Source of the DNA: Orbicella franksi
Taxonomy: Eukaryota
Assembly (NCBI GenBank): GCA_964199315.1
Contig: OZ116698.1
Location: 16,492,001 to 16,556,000, forward strand
Direction of reading: 5' to 3'
DNA: 64,000 bases
Shown one piece after another: positions 45,611-59,722 of the stretch; the first letter of the stretch is position 1; the number at the start of each line of letters is the position of its first letter. The notes under the pieces are model-generated. The model worked only from the letters and a program-made list of their open reading frames with translations. It did not search any database and was not told where the DNA came from. A program made the translations under genes and the position numbers.

Positions 45611-46922
45611 ATGTCGCTTATTTACAAGAAACAACCAAGTATGCTACTAACAATTGTAACATGACTAGGAGTTGCGTAGCTCGAAAATAGTCTTTCTGAA
45701 CTTCCCAAAATTTGCGATAATTTTGAAGAAAAACTATTGATTAGCGGAGATCTTCTTACACCTGCTAAAGCGGTTGATCAGTAGCTTCTGGTGGCAAATG
45801 TGTGTTTTTAAAAATGCGTTATCTTCACAGGAACCTGAGGTTGTGTAAAACTGTGTTCGTTTTATGCTATGCTTCTGTCAGTTGTCTTCATGATGATTCA
45901 TTATACATCTAAATGCTCATGGATTTCTATGATTTAATCGGACACTTTCAACCTTTTGTGGTAGTTGTGCAGACGAAGTCAAATATAATTCACAGAAAAT
46001 TGCACTTTTAATGTGTTTTGGGCTCAGTTTCGTAAGAGTTCATTTGCAACGGAAAACAATTTCATTCTAATTTATAACGTTTTTACGCTGTTTTTACACG
46101 TGAAATGTTCCTACTTTTGATGCATTCGTTTCCTTATTTTTGGACCACCTTTCTCCCGCTCGATGCTAATGAATTCATAAAATATTAATCGGTTCCCCTT
46201 CCTCAGAGAAACCTGAGGCCAATTCAAAGAAAACAGTTTGTTTATTCATCGAATGCAGGTAAAAGCCCTGTTTTTTCCATTTGTAGTTATTGTTATTCAC
46301 AAAGGGATCACATACGCTAACAACTTAAAACTTAACCGCTCTCAAAAGCGCGTATAACAGCCTAAAAGGGTAAGTGGTCTTAATTATTATCACAGTTAGG
46401 GATCATAAACTGTTAAGCCAAGCCCGATAATTAGCAACAGGTAATCAAGTGGCGAACAAGTTGACACCAGATTGATAACTGGTTCTACAGTCCTTTCTGC
46501 CCTTGTCGTCTCCCCCAAGAAACGATTGCTCTCATTTAACAATATAAACTGCTTCCGAGTTAAAATCAAGGAAAATCCTGTGTTTATTGCCCGTCATTGA
46601 TTTTCTACCAGTGATTGTTTTATTGACAGTATGGCAAAATTTTAAGATTATGGGCGGAAAACTAGAATGCCCGTGAAACTTATGTTAACAGCATATATCT
46701 GCGTGTCGCCTAAGTATGTTGCCGTTATCAAACGTTGGTTTTGTTCTGCTGCAAGCAAGCAAATCGTCTAGAGAAAAGAAAAAAGAAATGGCCGCGCGGA
46801 AACTGGAGCTGAGACAGGAGATGTACAGAGAAGGACTGTGGACACAGCTAGTTGTATTCTCGTGGCCAATTCTTCTCGTGTTGTCGTGCGTGTTTTATTC
46901 CTCTCTCTCGGTGTTCCATTAA
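45611..46922 (+). CDS. Small single-pass membrane protein, 2 exons, 64 aa (basic coiled coil + C-terminal TM helix)
   Basis: Exons 45611-45638 and 46756-46922 (phase 1): MSLIYKKQPTSKSSREKKKEMAARKLELRQEMYREGLWTQLVVFSWPILLVLSCVFYSSLSVFH, with AATAAA shortly after the stop. The first exon is less certain. Confidence 0.55.
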
Positions 46923-47097
46923 GAAATGACTATCTTGAGGAAAAATAAAGCCCTGTGAATGCGGTTATACTCTCCTTGTGCCATTTTCTCCTCAGTATTT
47001 AGGGTCATTTAAGCATGTGCATTGTCAATGACCGAAGAGCTGATTAAGTTGAAAACTTAATTTTCTTCAACAGTTTTCTGTCTTCCATGAGCCCGTG

Positions 47098-49134
47098 ATG
47101 ATCTTTTCCACATTACTGTTCACGTGCTGCGCATTACTTTCAAGAATAGGTAAGGAACACACTATTTCAGTTGTTCACTCTTTACGTTTACAAGACTGAA
47201 CGTCTAACGTACATTTTACTTCCGTTGGCGTTTGACTCCATTTTGTTTCCTAGATGGTACGCCGTTTCATGGACGAAGCAAGCTCCTCCGTCGGTCATTT
47301 ATCGGAGAAACCAAAGGTATTTAGCTTCCATCGCAGCCGCTATTTTTATCGTCACGCAACACAGTGACGATCCAAATGTCGGTTTCGAAATTACGAGCAA
47401 ATATTATTACGTAACATAAAGCAATGACAATTCAAGTGGCTTCAAAGCCAGTTACACGGTGTATCTCCACCGCGCTTAATCACGTGGTGGCAACAGGAAA
47501 CTATGGCGTCTCGCGTGTTACAGATGTCGTCATGCAGTCGAACCTCAAACATACGGCCACTTCGAGGCAAACTTAATCGAGCATTCTACACAGGAGGCTA
47601 TTGAAAAGAAGTTTCAATAAGAGTTTATCATGTTGATCAGCGCTCGTCGAGATAAAGCAATTGGCTGTTATAAGTAGAAGGCTGTAACTGTCAAATGGGT
47701 TTTAAACACCATGTTGAGGCTTGATTACCCTCAACCCTTATACGTTCACTATACTTTCCAAGGTTGTGATCGAGATTGCCAGAAAGAATGCATTGCTGTC
47801 CACAACAAATACCGAGCTAACCATGACGCACCTCCGCTGGTTTTTGATCAGAAGTTGGCGGATGAAGCACAAGCGTTGATTGACAAGGGTGTCTTCAAGC
47901 ATTCTGATTGGGTGGAGCTGAAAAATAACGGCGCTGCATTTGCTTGGGGTTCTCTTTTCCCAACATTCACTGCGGTCATCAAAAATTGGCACGACGAAGG
48001 AGCTTATTACGACTATCAGACTGGAGCACCAAAGAAGCAATCACAGGTATAACAGAATAAAAACAGTAATTAAACAAACAAAGTTGAGTTGATCGATGTT
48101 TATGTTTAGACAAAAATTGACTTGCTTAAGGGAATAATGTTGTTTATAGTGGTCAATGCGGTTAGCCACACTCAGCTAGTTCACAGGCATGCCAATTAAA
48201 CTGAACAAAAAAAATGCTTCAACTAAAAATAATAGGCTTAAAAATCCCAATTTTTGTTAGTTATTAACAATATATCATTTCAGGTGGTGGATCATTTTAT
48301 GCAGATGGTGTATAAGAAAGCTCGCAAGATCGGCTGCGCACGAGGTGGATTGTACGGTGAACCTTGGTACGTGGTTCATTACGACAAAGCCCCAACTCCC
48401 GGACAGCCAAGCATTACAATGAATATCAACAAACCGAAACAGGTAACAGAGTAATAGAAACATCAACGGTTGTTGATAACATGTTTTGGTTCGATTGTAT
48501 AAACGTAGCTCCATTTAGTGCAAAAATAGGCTCGGATGTTTGTCCGCGGACATTCGGCTGTTCCGAGAGGCGAACAGTCTTCTGAGAGCGTAGCTCGAGG
48601 AAAATTGTGAACTATATTTTCGCACTAAATTGAGGCCATTGTGTTAGTATCCTTCAAAATTTTTCGCAACACGCACAATTTTGAAAATTGGGGAATTTCC
48701 GAATATGATTCGGATATTTCCCAGTTTTTGCTGGGACATCTTCAGTCACGTTACGCAACCTCAGACCAATATGGCGCTAGCGAAATATTTGCTGATAAGA
48801 CCGTATATTTTAAACTACAAGAGAGAATAGTTAAGGTTCTTATTGTATTGTTTTATACAGTTAAGAACTTTAAAGTAAAGTACGGACACAGTTTAACGTT
48901 TCATACGGCTGATGTTTTAAGTATTAAACTTTCTTGAATTGCAAATAGAATTGCTCTGCCGCGTAAGATTCGAACACAAAATAGTAAGTCATCTAAGTAA
49001 CTAATCCCTCAATCCCGTCTTATGAACTTTCTGTTTTATTTATTTCAATTGTTTTCATACAACAGGATGACAGTGAATGGTTCAAAGATGGTTCACCGTT
49101 TTCTGAAGAGCTGAAAAACATGCAGGAAGTTTAG
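47098..49134 (+). CDS. Secreted CAP/SCP (GAPR-1/PR-1-like) protein, 5 exons, 208 aa
   Basis: Exons 47098-47149 (signal peptide), 47254-47316, 47763-48046, 48284-48442, 49066-49134; 627 nt in frame. VHNKYRANHDAPPL, LADEAQ, NWHDEG, DHFMQMVYKKARKIGCA. Confidence 0.88.
48500..48795 (+). mobile_element. Interspersed repeat with central GAGC-GTA-GCTC hairpin; fragment at ~42420-42490
   Basis: CTCGGATGTTTGTCCGCGGACAT..GTTCCGAGAGGCGAACAG..GAGCGTAGCTCGAGG ... ATTTTCGCACTAAATTGAGGCCATTG; the last motif recurs at 42421. Confidence 0.55.
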
Positions 49135-49954
49135 AATCAAATTGCACCATGTGGAAAAGAAGCAAGCAAGTTGTATCACTTGCAGTCAGAGTCTACACCA
49201 GCGTATTTCAAATATAACCCAAAAGCAAGAGAATGTATAGCCGCTCATCTCTGTTGAAATTAATATACTGTAATTACACTTTGAAATAAAATTATTTTCT
49301 AACTCAGTTAAGATGTGCAATATCTTTCTTTATGTCAGACAAAGTCATTGAAGTACTTTCCCGCGCAATCTTGTTAAGCAACGTAACCGCCTCAAACATC
49401 CTACTGATTACCCGCAGCAATCATTACATCCAAATGGGTGAAAGAAGTAAATCCTTAGGTATCAAGAAATGGTCCACTGTACCGGCTCAACATTTCCCAT
49501 TGAATATCACACAATAGTGCTTTTGTTAGCAGTAGTGTTGAGGGACTTTTGCCAAAGCTAAGCGCAAAAGCTCGTAATCATCCGAAAGCATTGTGCGCAC
49601 AACAAAGTAGCTGCACTAGGGAAGTGGGTAGTGATAATTTGCAATGGTAATATCGTTTTCCACTAGTGCACCCCAAGGAAAAATTAAAAAAACGATTTTC
49701 CCCATGATTTTTCAAGTGATGATTAAATTTCTTGGAAGAGTGACATGGGCACGATTTCCAACGCTCTCTCGAGTTCGGTCACGCCGGTTTCAGGAGCGCG
49801 GAGCGCGGCATCTTTTTGAAACAGCAGCCAGTAATCGAGCCCACGTCATATTCAATCGACAGTCTGACGTACAAACTACTTTCGACATCACACTAGAATG
49901 TTTTCATGTTTTAGCAGCGCTACACATCTTGTTATATACAATTCAGGTTTTGGA

Positions 49955-52900
49955 TCAGAGTATTCGATGTTCGATGTTCTGAGGAATGAAGTTCTTAGTC
50001 TGCATCTCTTTCCAATATGGCGAACTGTCCATGAACCACATCAGATCCGGCTAGTGAATAAAGAAATATTATTTTCTTGTGTTAGTGATTGGAACGAGCC
50101 TTTCCACACTACAGCAACCAAACTTTTTATGTTAGTTCAAAGATACATGTAAAAACCTAGAAGTACCATGTCTATTACTCTGCTTTTCAATGTCATATCG
50201 AGACTTTGTTTCCTTCTGAAGATATTTGTTTCTTATTACTCGACGCTTATAATCTTTTGAGGTAAGTTAAAAGTCCTCGGGTCATACATTATATTAAATT
50301 GTAGCAGTTTATAGTGAAAAAGTGAAATGTTTTACAGAGAAGTCACACACGGTGATTTTATGTGGCCCTGATGAAGAAAGCAAATTTCACTGTCTGGTTT
50401 GCCGAATCACTATAAAAGATAGTTTCAAACATTTTGGCTTTTTTAGTCTGTCTACTGAGTTTCAAGGTCGCCCCCTCCCCTAAGGTTGAAAAACTGCAGT
50501 GTACCTCTTTTGGTTCACCCACGTTGGACTTGTCATAACCTGGTACACCCGCTATGACTCCTGGTGTATCCATTTGTGCAATGTAATATGGTTCTCCATT
50601 GATAAAAGTTTTGCCGCAACCGAGCAAATGTGCGCCCTTCCAAACCACCTGCAAATAGAAAAACTTAAAATGAACTTGCATGGCTGACCGCAAACTTTCT
50701 TTAACTAAGGACGCCCTGGAAAGTTGAAACAAGAGCTACTTTATTTCCAAGCGAGTGACAGTGATTGCATCCAACTGTGACAATTTATACTAGAACTAAA
50801 AAAAAAATGGGTAGGGAGAACCTTGTTTCTAACCAGACCTGAGTGAAGTGATTGACCTTCATGTCTCCATTGCCAGTGCCAGTTGACCAATCATAATCTC
50901 TCTCCTCGTCATGCCAGGCTTTTACGGCCGCAGTGAACGTCGGGTAAAGGCTACCGAGCGCAATTGACTCCCCACCCTGCCCACCTGCCCAGGGAGAATG
51001 TTTAAACACTTTCTTATCCGCCCACCGCTGTGCCTGGTCTGCTAATTCCTGGTCCAGTAGTAGGGGCGATGCGCCGTGATTCAAACGGTACCTGTTATGA
51101 GCCGCCAGACATTCCCGCTGACATGAAGTGTCGCAACCTCAAAAGAATAAAACAGACGCTGTAAACCAAATTTAACAGCACAATAAAAAATAATACAAAA
51201 TGTCATAGAATAAATTTATGACTGTGTGAGTACTTTGCCATTGAAGAATTACTAGCTTCTTTTAGCTTTCAATCAAAGCCTCCTAAGCCCGGCAACTCGT
51301 GTATGCCACTTGAATAGAAATAGCAGTATGCTGATTTATTCTACACAAGGTCTCCTATTGAAGTGCCTTGCGTGTTGTAAAAAGACTCGCCCATCTCAAG
51401 AGTAAAACGATAAAATTAGTGAACACTTTGTTCAGTTACTTTCTTAACAATCAGTCCTTACCAGTTGTTGATACAGGCTTTTGTGCAGCGTTGCTCGCAG
51501 AGGAAATATCAAGCACTAAGTGAAATAAGTAAGAACTTTAACATGGTAACATAGTATGCCATATAGAGGAAGTCAAGCGTCCTCAACCGCATGCTGTTGC
51601 CAGAGCTTATTTTTGGATTTAAACTGAAAATAACTGACACCATCAGGAATTGTATTGTGCGTTATTATAAACTAACATCGAAACAAATCACTTTACTCTG
51701 CGTATAATGTTCCTCTAGATCAGCCCTCTTTTTGAGAACTGGACGAATCATTATGAAATCTTGTCCGAGAAATATTCTTCCAAAAAGATTGAAGAAGGAA
51801 ACTTATAGTGAAGCTGAAAACACAAAAATACCTATAGTGGTTTCTCACCTTGGTTGCTTATGGTCTCTCTAGTTTTTGCTTGTTGTGTTTTGACCTTTTC
51901 TTTGCAGAGTCGTTCTTTGCATCCTGCGCTACTTTTTGCCACGGCACTTATCTGTAAAGGAACTTGCAGTCTGTGTTGTAGAGCGGTTATACCATCCTGA
52001 ATCATTTTGTCTTCTTCTGAAACGAGTTTTTGGCTCGCGACCTTCTCGTTGTTAGAATATGCGGCCAATTGAGGGCTTGATGCACTTAAAGAAGTCGCAA
52101 CATTTTGAATTGGTGCTTTTATAAAGTTGTTGATATTTTTGGTTACGCCCTGGAAACTGAGTGCTTTAAGACCTGGTAAAGCAGTTTTGTTATTTTTGAT
52201 AATCGTAAAAGCACTTGATTTAAGTATTGTATGGTTGAGATTCTTAGAGCTAGCAACTCCTTGGTTTTCATCCTGGTTCTTTGTAGGCAAACTCACATTG
52301 TTATGAAGTGGTCTTTCGCCATCAAAAGTTTGGGTTGATGAGCCATTTGCTTTTGTTGCATTCTTTACACTGTTGAGGTCCGCGTTTGTACTAAATATTG
52401 ACCCTCCAAATGGTTTGAAAACCTTGACACTCGACGATGTTGGAAGGTTGTGAATGTTCTGTAGAAGTGACACCTTTGGTTTTAATGGTGAAATGTTAAT
52501 CGTTTGTACGCCCCAAGACGGATTAAATTTGGCTGGATTATTTAGTTTGAAGCTTAGATTAGGCATCGGCAGTGTTGATGTAAATGGTTTTGACAGCATC
52601 GGAACTTGTACTTCATCGTTGTTCTTATCGTCTAATTCTGGCCCAGCATGCGATGTTTCCGGCGAAGGTTGGAGTGTCGCAGAATACCTCGACTTTGCTT
52701 TCCTTGTCCCTGGAACTAAAAAGAAGTCCCGAACATCGATTAGGACTATCCGCACCACATCAAAAGTGTTTGAAATAAGTTCTAAATACTTTTTTAGACT
52801 TAATGCCACGTAAACTAGAATAAGCTGCGGCTGTGTTAGCCACCTTGACCACTAAATTGCAACCATAACTATATTGAGGTCACAGTGGTTTTTGTGTCGG

Positions 52901-55900
52901 TCTCGAAACCCAAACACTGTTATTCTCGAGCTACTTTATCTCTTATGTTGCCTCTCTCTGATCTACCAAGTAGTACGTGGTATCCCTTTCAATTTGTCCC
53001 CATCAAGTGTACCCATCACGGACGCACCAGCTATAAGTAGGACCATTTACGTCCACTCCCTATCGCAGTCAATCTGCTAGGAAACGTGGCTTATACATTA
53101 TGGATTGGCAAACCCACGATTGACTTATCTCCCATCTCTTAACCTCCTAATACTACACAGGCCGAATACAAGCACCGGTTTGTGCAAGGCACCTCACTCA
53201 CCACAGAAACCGCATGTTTTTCTACAGACTACTTGCATTTCCTTTTGTCTTTTTTCACAATAGCCTTGAGCCTGCCATCTTGGACAACTAAATTCATAAC
53301 TAGGTGCGTCTTCGCAGGGTTCTGGAAAGAAAGGAGAAAACATTCGCAAAGGAGGACATGTTAGTCGTGGATGAAAAGATGGTGGTAGACAACGAACAGT
53401 CCTTCTTTACCATAAGGAATTGTTGATGAATGAACATCTTTTAAAATCCAGTTTAGTGGCTGTCTTCAGTTTGCTTTAGTATTCTTTTCTTTTCCCGAAA
53501 GCTCACCCTTGAGTTGGTTTCTCTTATGGGTCTTTGAGGTATCAGTACAGGGAAAGATTGAAAGGTGCTACGTTTGAATCTCAATCTTATCTTGCTTCTT
53601 TTTTTGGCTGATTATGGTATTCAGAGCTTTGCTACCTTGAAAAACTCAGTACTGTAATATCTAAACTAAACGGTAACTCGCCACGACTTTATAAATCGTG
53701 ACGTAGCTCCTTTAAATGAACTTACCATCTCGGGATAAAATGTGAGTCTGCATATGATTTGCACTTTGTTTGATGACGGAAGGAAGACCTAAAGCCGGAA
53801 AGTTATGAAACTCAATGTTACACGTCAGTTCTAGAAACTCGTAGACCATTTCCTCGTTTCTGTTAGTGTATTAGGTAAAAGTACTTATACGAAATTGATA
53901 TATTTTGATATTCAAGCAAAGCAACCTCCCAGAGAGAATCAGGATCGAGCAAAAATATTGTTAACAACGCCTATTAATCTCAACAATGTAGCCAATTTAG
54001 GGTTTAGTGAGACCAGCTTGAACAATCTCTCCTTTCTCAAGCGAGAACCCCCAAACCGTCAAAATTATGCGTGTTCGTTCAATTCGTGCGATGATTTTAG
54101 TCGCAAAACGCGCAATCACCAAACATCGGTGCAACAAAAATTATCCAACAAGCATCTTACAAGGCACAATCAGCATCCAGGTCTTCGCTGGCTAAGCTGA
54201 TAATCTATTTTAACACGACACTCTGTCGACGATTGACAATCAGGACCACATATCATAAAGATGTGAAGCCAAGAAATTTTCTATCTTTTCTACCAACAGA
54301 CCCTTACCGCAATATCCGCAGGTAGCTTTGCAGTGTCTTTTCATAAACTCTGCGTACGCTATACCTTTGCAGTGTCCATGGTGAGCCCACAGACGGCACT
54401 GTAAAGTGTCATCGTGGCATTCTAAAATAAAAGAGCAAAAACCTCTATGACTCCTTCTACCCAAGTCATTTTCAGCCAAAGAACAAAGATAGAAGAACAA
54501 AGGAATTTTGTTTACCAAGTTGAACTTGAAAATAATATCACTGCATGACAATTATTTTTTCCTTAAAACTTTTAGGTTTTATCTCTTTTTGTAATTTTGA
54601 TCGCTTGGATACTGAATTCGATTTATTTTATCGCCAATTTCTTCTTATTTTATTACTGTATTCTCAGAGTTTGTCTATGTATTTAAGGTACCTTCATCGT
54701 TCATTTTATGTGCCATATCATCGGTCGAGGCCAGTGTTGACTGAGACCCAGGTACCTGAGCATTCGATGACGTCCCTTTTGATTTCATGTCACTAACATG
54801 AAAAACAAGCTTAATGGGACGACTGCTAGTACTCGGCAACGTAATCAGAGCTGGTGAAGACACGTGATGCACATCAGCTGTAGCAGAATCGCTAGCTGTG
54901 ATGGTGTTCCCAATGGGGGATTGAATAGCAGCATTCGTCCCAATTGCTTGTCCATTTGGCGACAAGCCGTTCGATACAAGAGTCGAATCTTCATGTTTTA
55001 GACCTCCAGAAGTAGCATTTACTGAAAGTTGATTCAATGCTTGTGATTCGGACTGCTGTGACTGTACATTTGCAGCTTCCAACTGAGAGACATGTGGGGT
55101 TTTCAACTCAGGAGTTATAGACGCTCCTGGCACTATCATGTCTGTAAGTGTAAGTCGTGACTGTGAATTTGGCATCATAGCTGTTCTGTCAATCTCTTGC
55201 TGACTAGGCTTTGCTCCATTTTGAGAACTCAATGCCGTTGAACTGGAATTCAGGTTTTCGCCTATCATTCCATCGTGAAAGCTTGTGTTGTTCAAGTCTG
55301 TTGCAACTACGCTACCTGTTGAGTCTAATTGTTGGATTGTGATAATTTGATTTGCCATTTGTTCGCTTTGCGACGGTGAATTAGTTGATTTTTCCATATC
55401 TTCAGTTGGTTTATCTTCTTTCTGTTCATCAATTCCTTGGTGAATGTTCAACGGTGACTGATTGTTCACTCCATTGCCAGGAAGAGAAGAACTCGATATA
55501 TCTTCAGATGAACCGTTTATTGCAATGAATTTTCTTGTATCATTTGGATTGTTACTGAGTGCTATGCCTGTTGCATAAAATGAATCAGGCTTTTTTCGTT
55601 GCTGCTTTTCAGTGCTGGTAGTACTCGCGAGAGATTGATTTGAATTTGCAAAGAGTTGTGAAGAGTTCTTTGTTATGTCATTTGACAGTCCGATAATTGG
55701 TCCATTTAAAGTTGCAGATGGCGCACCTTCAGACATGTTACTTCCTGAAGATTCTTCGTCTTCTTCCGCTTCATGATTCTGTATCATGTCATCTTCCTGT
55801 TTCATCAGAGACTGGATGTTAGCGGCCTGTTCCCTCTCGTCACCTTCGCTAAGCTCCTCGCCGTCGTTTGCCTCCGAAGGAAGAGTTGCATGGTCATCGA

Positions 55901-58437
55901 CTTCATCCTTTGTCAACATGTCGTCGTCCTGAATCACCTGCGACTGGAACCTCGTCGCGTCTTTTCTATCTTCCTCATCCTCTTCCCCAACTGGATAGGA
56001 CGATACTGCGTTATTGGGTGACATTTGGTTTGTGTTGGCCTTATCCCTACCCAGCTGTATGAGGGTTTCTGCACCTTTCTGCCAGTTAGCATTCTCCTCA
56101 GCTCCAGACACTACGTGGTAACTGGCTGTTTCTTTGTTTTCGTCTAGCACAACGTTGTTAAGGCTATCATTATACAGGTATTGTTTCAGCAGAGCATTGT
56201 TGTTTAAAACTCTTTGTTCCTCTCGTACTTCATTTAAATCACGGAAACTAGTTGGTTTACTTTGTTCACTTCGAGTCTTTCCTGTACTTAGTGCTACTGG
56301 TGCTAAAGGTTCCACATGGGTCCTAGCGGAGGAATCTTCGTCCTGTGCTTTCAAAGAAACCAGGTAGGTGGAGTTGGATTTAGAGGAGTGTCTCGCGGGC
56401 TCAAACCAGTGTAGATCCTCCTGAAAAGGATAATATTAAAGAAACTTTGTTAGAAACTTTAATTGGGTAGTTTTTTAAGAAGTTGTCAATCTTGTGATTA
56501 TGCTGTGGTAATGTTTGCGTTTTTTTCGTTTAAAAAATTCTATGCTGGACAAGACCAGGACGAGTGGAGCAAACGGTCATGGAACCCTTGTCAAAGCGCC
56601 ACGGGAAGTTATCTTTTACCAGCTAGTTTTCCACAGCGAGATCGAAAGCCGCTTTGCATCCTAAACTACACCAAGTTTATGAGCACACGTGCAATCTCTA
56701 TTATATCACGATACATGAAAGTACCACGACATTGTGTTGTCACTCTTTCCAACCTACCTTCTCCGGAAATCCAATACTTGCTGTACTAGTCTGCGTATTA
56801 GGACTGACAACACCATCGGAATCCATCCACACTACGTAATATTTTGAGCCGAAGATTTCGCTTTGTCCGCAGCCGGCCTTCCTAGCTTTTTTCCATACGA
56901 TTTGTGTGAAATCGTGGAGAGTTTTTCCCGTCTTTGATCTCCCTGAACCAAAGTCAAAATCTCTCTCCTTGTCATGCCAATGTTTTATCACAGTTGTAAA
57001 GTTCTGAAGCTCATCCTTGACATCCCATTCGATCAGCTGCCCGTATTTCCCGCGGAATTTCATATCGTATCCAAATCTTCCACCGTCCGCCCATTTCTGG
57101 GCCTTATTAGCAAGAAAATGGGAGAACGTGACTTTCTTTGCGTGATGGTTCAAACGATATTTGTTAATGACTTCAATGCACTCTTTTTGGCAAACTGGAT
57201 CACAACCTGTGGAAAAGAGCTTTAATTTATTTCGAAGAGCATTCCAATATTTAAGACGCTGCTACACAAGATATTTTCTCGCAAAATCCTCTTTTGGTTC
57301 GCACAAACTTCTATCATTAACGTGATTACTGTGATTTCCTCGTTATAAAGACTTAAGCGCCATTTGAAACTACATTTGTGTTCAATCGTTGCAGATGGAG
57401 CGGTGTCTCAGGCTGAATCAGGAAAACCACTCAGAAAGTGCACAAAAAACTTCACCTGGCCTGTTATAAGAATGGGAAAAGTACCAGATGGTCTTATTAT
57501 TGAGTGGGCTGCTTATAAAATGCTTTCCTATAATGTCAGGCTTTTTAATAGTTCATTAGAAAATAGTAGATTATTAATTATACTAAGTGTCCCCAATTAG
57601 TAGAGGTTTTTTTTCCCCCATCGGCTAGATATAAAGACAATTTTATGTTTTATGTTTCAGAGGTATTAAAGACCCTTTGTAAAGGAGAAAACGACCACAA
57701 GTTGATCCAAATGGCCCGTATTCTAATATCAAAACAAAGAATTAACCCTTAAACGGCGTATAGAGGTCGATCATTTACAAGATAGGTAGTGTGTATCCAT
57801 TACCCATTGATTGTAATTATCACAATCAGCAACTGTAATTGGTGGAAAACAGTCTAAGCGCTTGAAAAGGGGGTGTCATAACAATCAGTTTTGTCCTCAA
57901 TTCTTCATTAAACAATTAACTCGTTGGTGTTTATCAGTTGCTTGTCAAGTTCTTTCGGAGTCTTTCCTTATGATCTTCCAAGCAAAAGCAGGAACACGTG
58001 AGCCATGCCCCGAATAAATTCAGTCTGGGTCATTTGTTCACATTTCCTGTCCTTCGACCATTTCGCCACTATAATTAACAAAACCTCAAGTTCCCCCTAA
58101 ACTTGTTGATTATTGTTAATCCTTTAAGAGACTCAGGCACCACACTATTGTTCTATCACTTACAGGTGAGTTCCTCACCTAATGAGTCTAACAATCCAAG
58201 AATGGATGAAGCTGGTACACCGTAATTAAATCTAATGCGGCCATGACTCGTTCTACCTTGTTGTTTGGCTTCCCCACTGCCTTTGTAATAACGAGTTAAA
58301 TTAAAACAAAACAGTAAAGAATAAGAGCCATAACAAGGATTCTATTTTGTTATGAATAGCAATTTGTCACAGTTACCTGCCGTGCACTGCTTTATCAACA
58401 GAAAAATTAAGGTGGAAGCGAAGATTGTTAAAATCAT
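49955..58437 (-). CDS. Secreted CAP - acidic linker - ShKT - ShKT - Ser/Thr/Asn/Lys-rich linker - CAP protein, 10 exons, 1326 aa
   Basis: Exons 58377-58437 (signal peptide MILTIFASTLIFLLIKQCTA), 58179-58280, 56758-57206 (CAP1), 54692-56420, 54308-54421 (ShKT), 53202-53321 (ShKT), 51849-52715, 50839-51137 and 50505-50648 (CAP2), 49955-50050; 3981 nt in frame with compatible phases. Confidence 0.85.
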
Positions 58438-59443
58438 GTCTCCTTGTAAACCATCCAGCTAACATTCTAAACCTGTGCATAGAAACGAGGGGAATTAGGA
58501 AAATATTATTATAGAAATCTTTCAATTTCGTTAATTTTTCTTGGTCTGCAAGTAAATGTTATGGATTTAGAGAACAAACATTTCTCAGTAATTATAACCA
58601 GTTAGTTGAAAATGTTTTGACTGCATCACCAGACACCTAAGTCTTACCATCATTTCGTTTGTTTCTTTAACATTCTGTGTCCGGTACAGTATTTTGCCTT
58701 CTAGCGAAGCGAAGACATCATTTTTCACTGATTATGAAAACTTTAACCCAGTTTAACTTAATAAAACTGAAAATATCTTTTTACACTTCAGGAAAAACTT
58801 CACTTTTCAGGTCAGTGAATGTCAGTCATTATTAATTTACAAATAACAGGTCAGGCCCTGAAAGGGTTTCATAGCTGTGTTAATAAGCCAGTCACTAACT
58901 AGGTGATAAGTGCTAGGTTTCCGAACTGATAGGTCTTTTCACGCTATTATAATTCACGCTTAAATTATTATCGCTTCATTAAGAAATACCGTTCACAGCA
59001 AATAGTTTTGGAGGTAGTGGCTGATTACTCAGTCCCTACCAACTAAAGGATAAGCAAAAAAGACAAATAAGTTTTCCCCTCTCTCTTCAGTCGGATTTAT
59101 TTTTTACAGCTCAGCGCAAATGGAAGATTAGTTCCACTTCACGTTTGACGGATCGGCGTGCTCCTTGCGATTTCTCTTTAAACGAAACGCTGTTTTGTGA
59201 CAGGTCGAATTTATCCATATAAAAAACAATGCACTTTTTTTCTTTTGGCTCCCACGCGCCAATCATGCAAACCAGCTGATTTTTGTAGTCTATATTAGTA
59301 CATTTTTTATAACAGTTCGTAACTGACAATGATCCGCATGTAAATAAAGATAAGCAAAACAAAGATATTGTAGCAGCATATGTATCATGTAATGCATGAC
59401 TACTTACAAGTTTTCTGTAGAGAGAATTCCGTACCTTATAATG

Positions 59444-59559
59444 AACAATTATTCCACGAGCGCGCGTTGGATATGATCTGATAGATAGCTAACGAGGCGC
59501 GTAGCGCCGAATTGGCTACAATCATCTCATATCCAACAAACGCCAGTGGAATAATTGTT
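59444..59559. mobile_element. Palindromic repeat element with central GGCGC-GTA-GCGCC hairpin
   Basis: AACAATTATTCCAC..GCGTTGGATATGA...TAGCTAAC / TTGGCTA...TCATATCCAACAAACGC..GTGGAATAATTGTT inverted arms. Confidence 0.75.
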
Positions 59560-59679
59560 TTATTAAAAACACCCCCAAAATATACAAAACTAAAATAAAA
59601 ATAAATACGCCCCAAAAAGTCATGCGTACGCTTACCATATTTGTGGTTCATAACCCATTATGACTAAGCCAATGAAAAC

Positions 59680-59717
<38 letters not shown>

Positions 59718-59722
59718 TTAGT

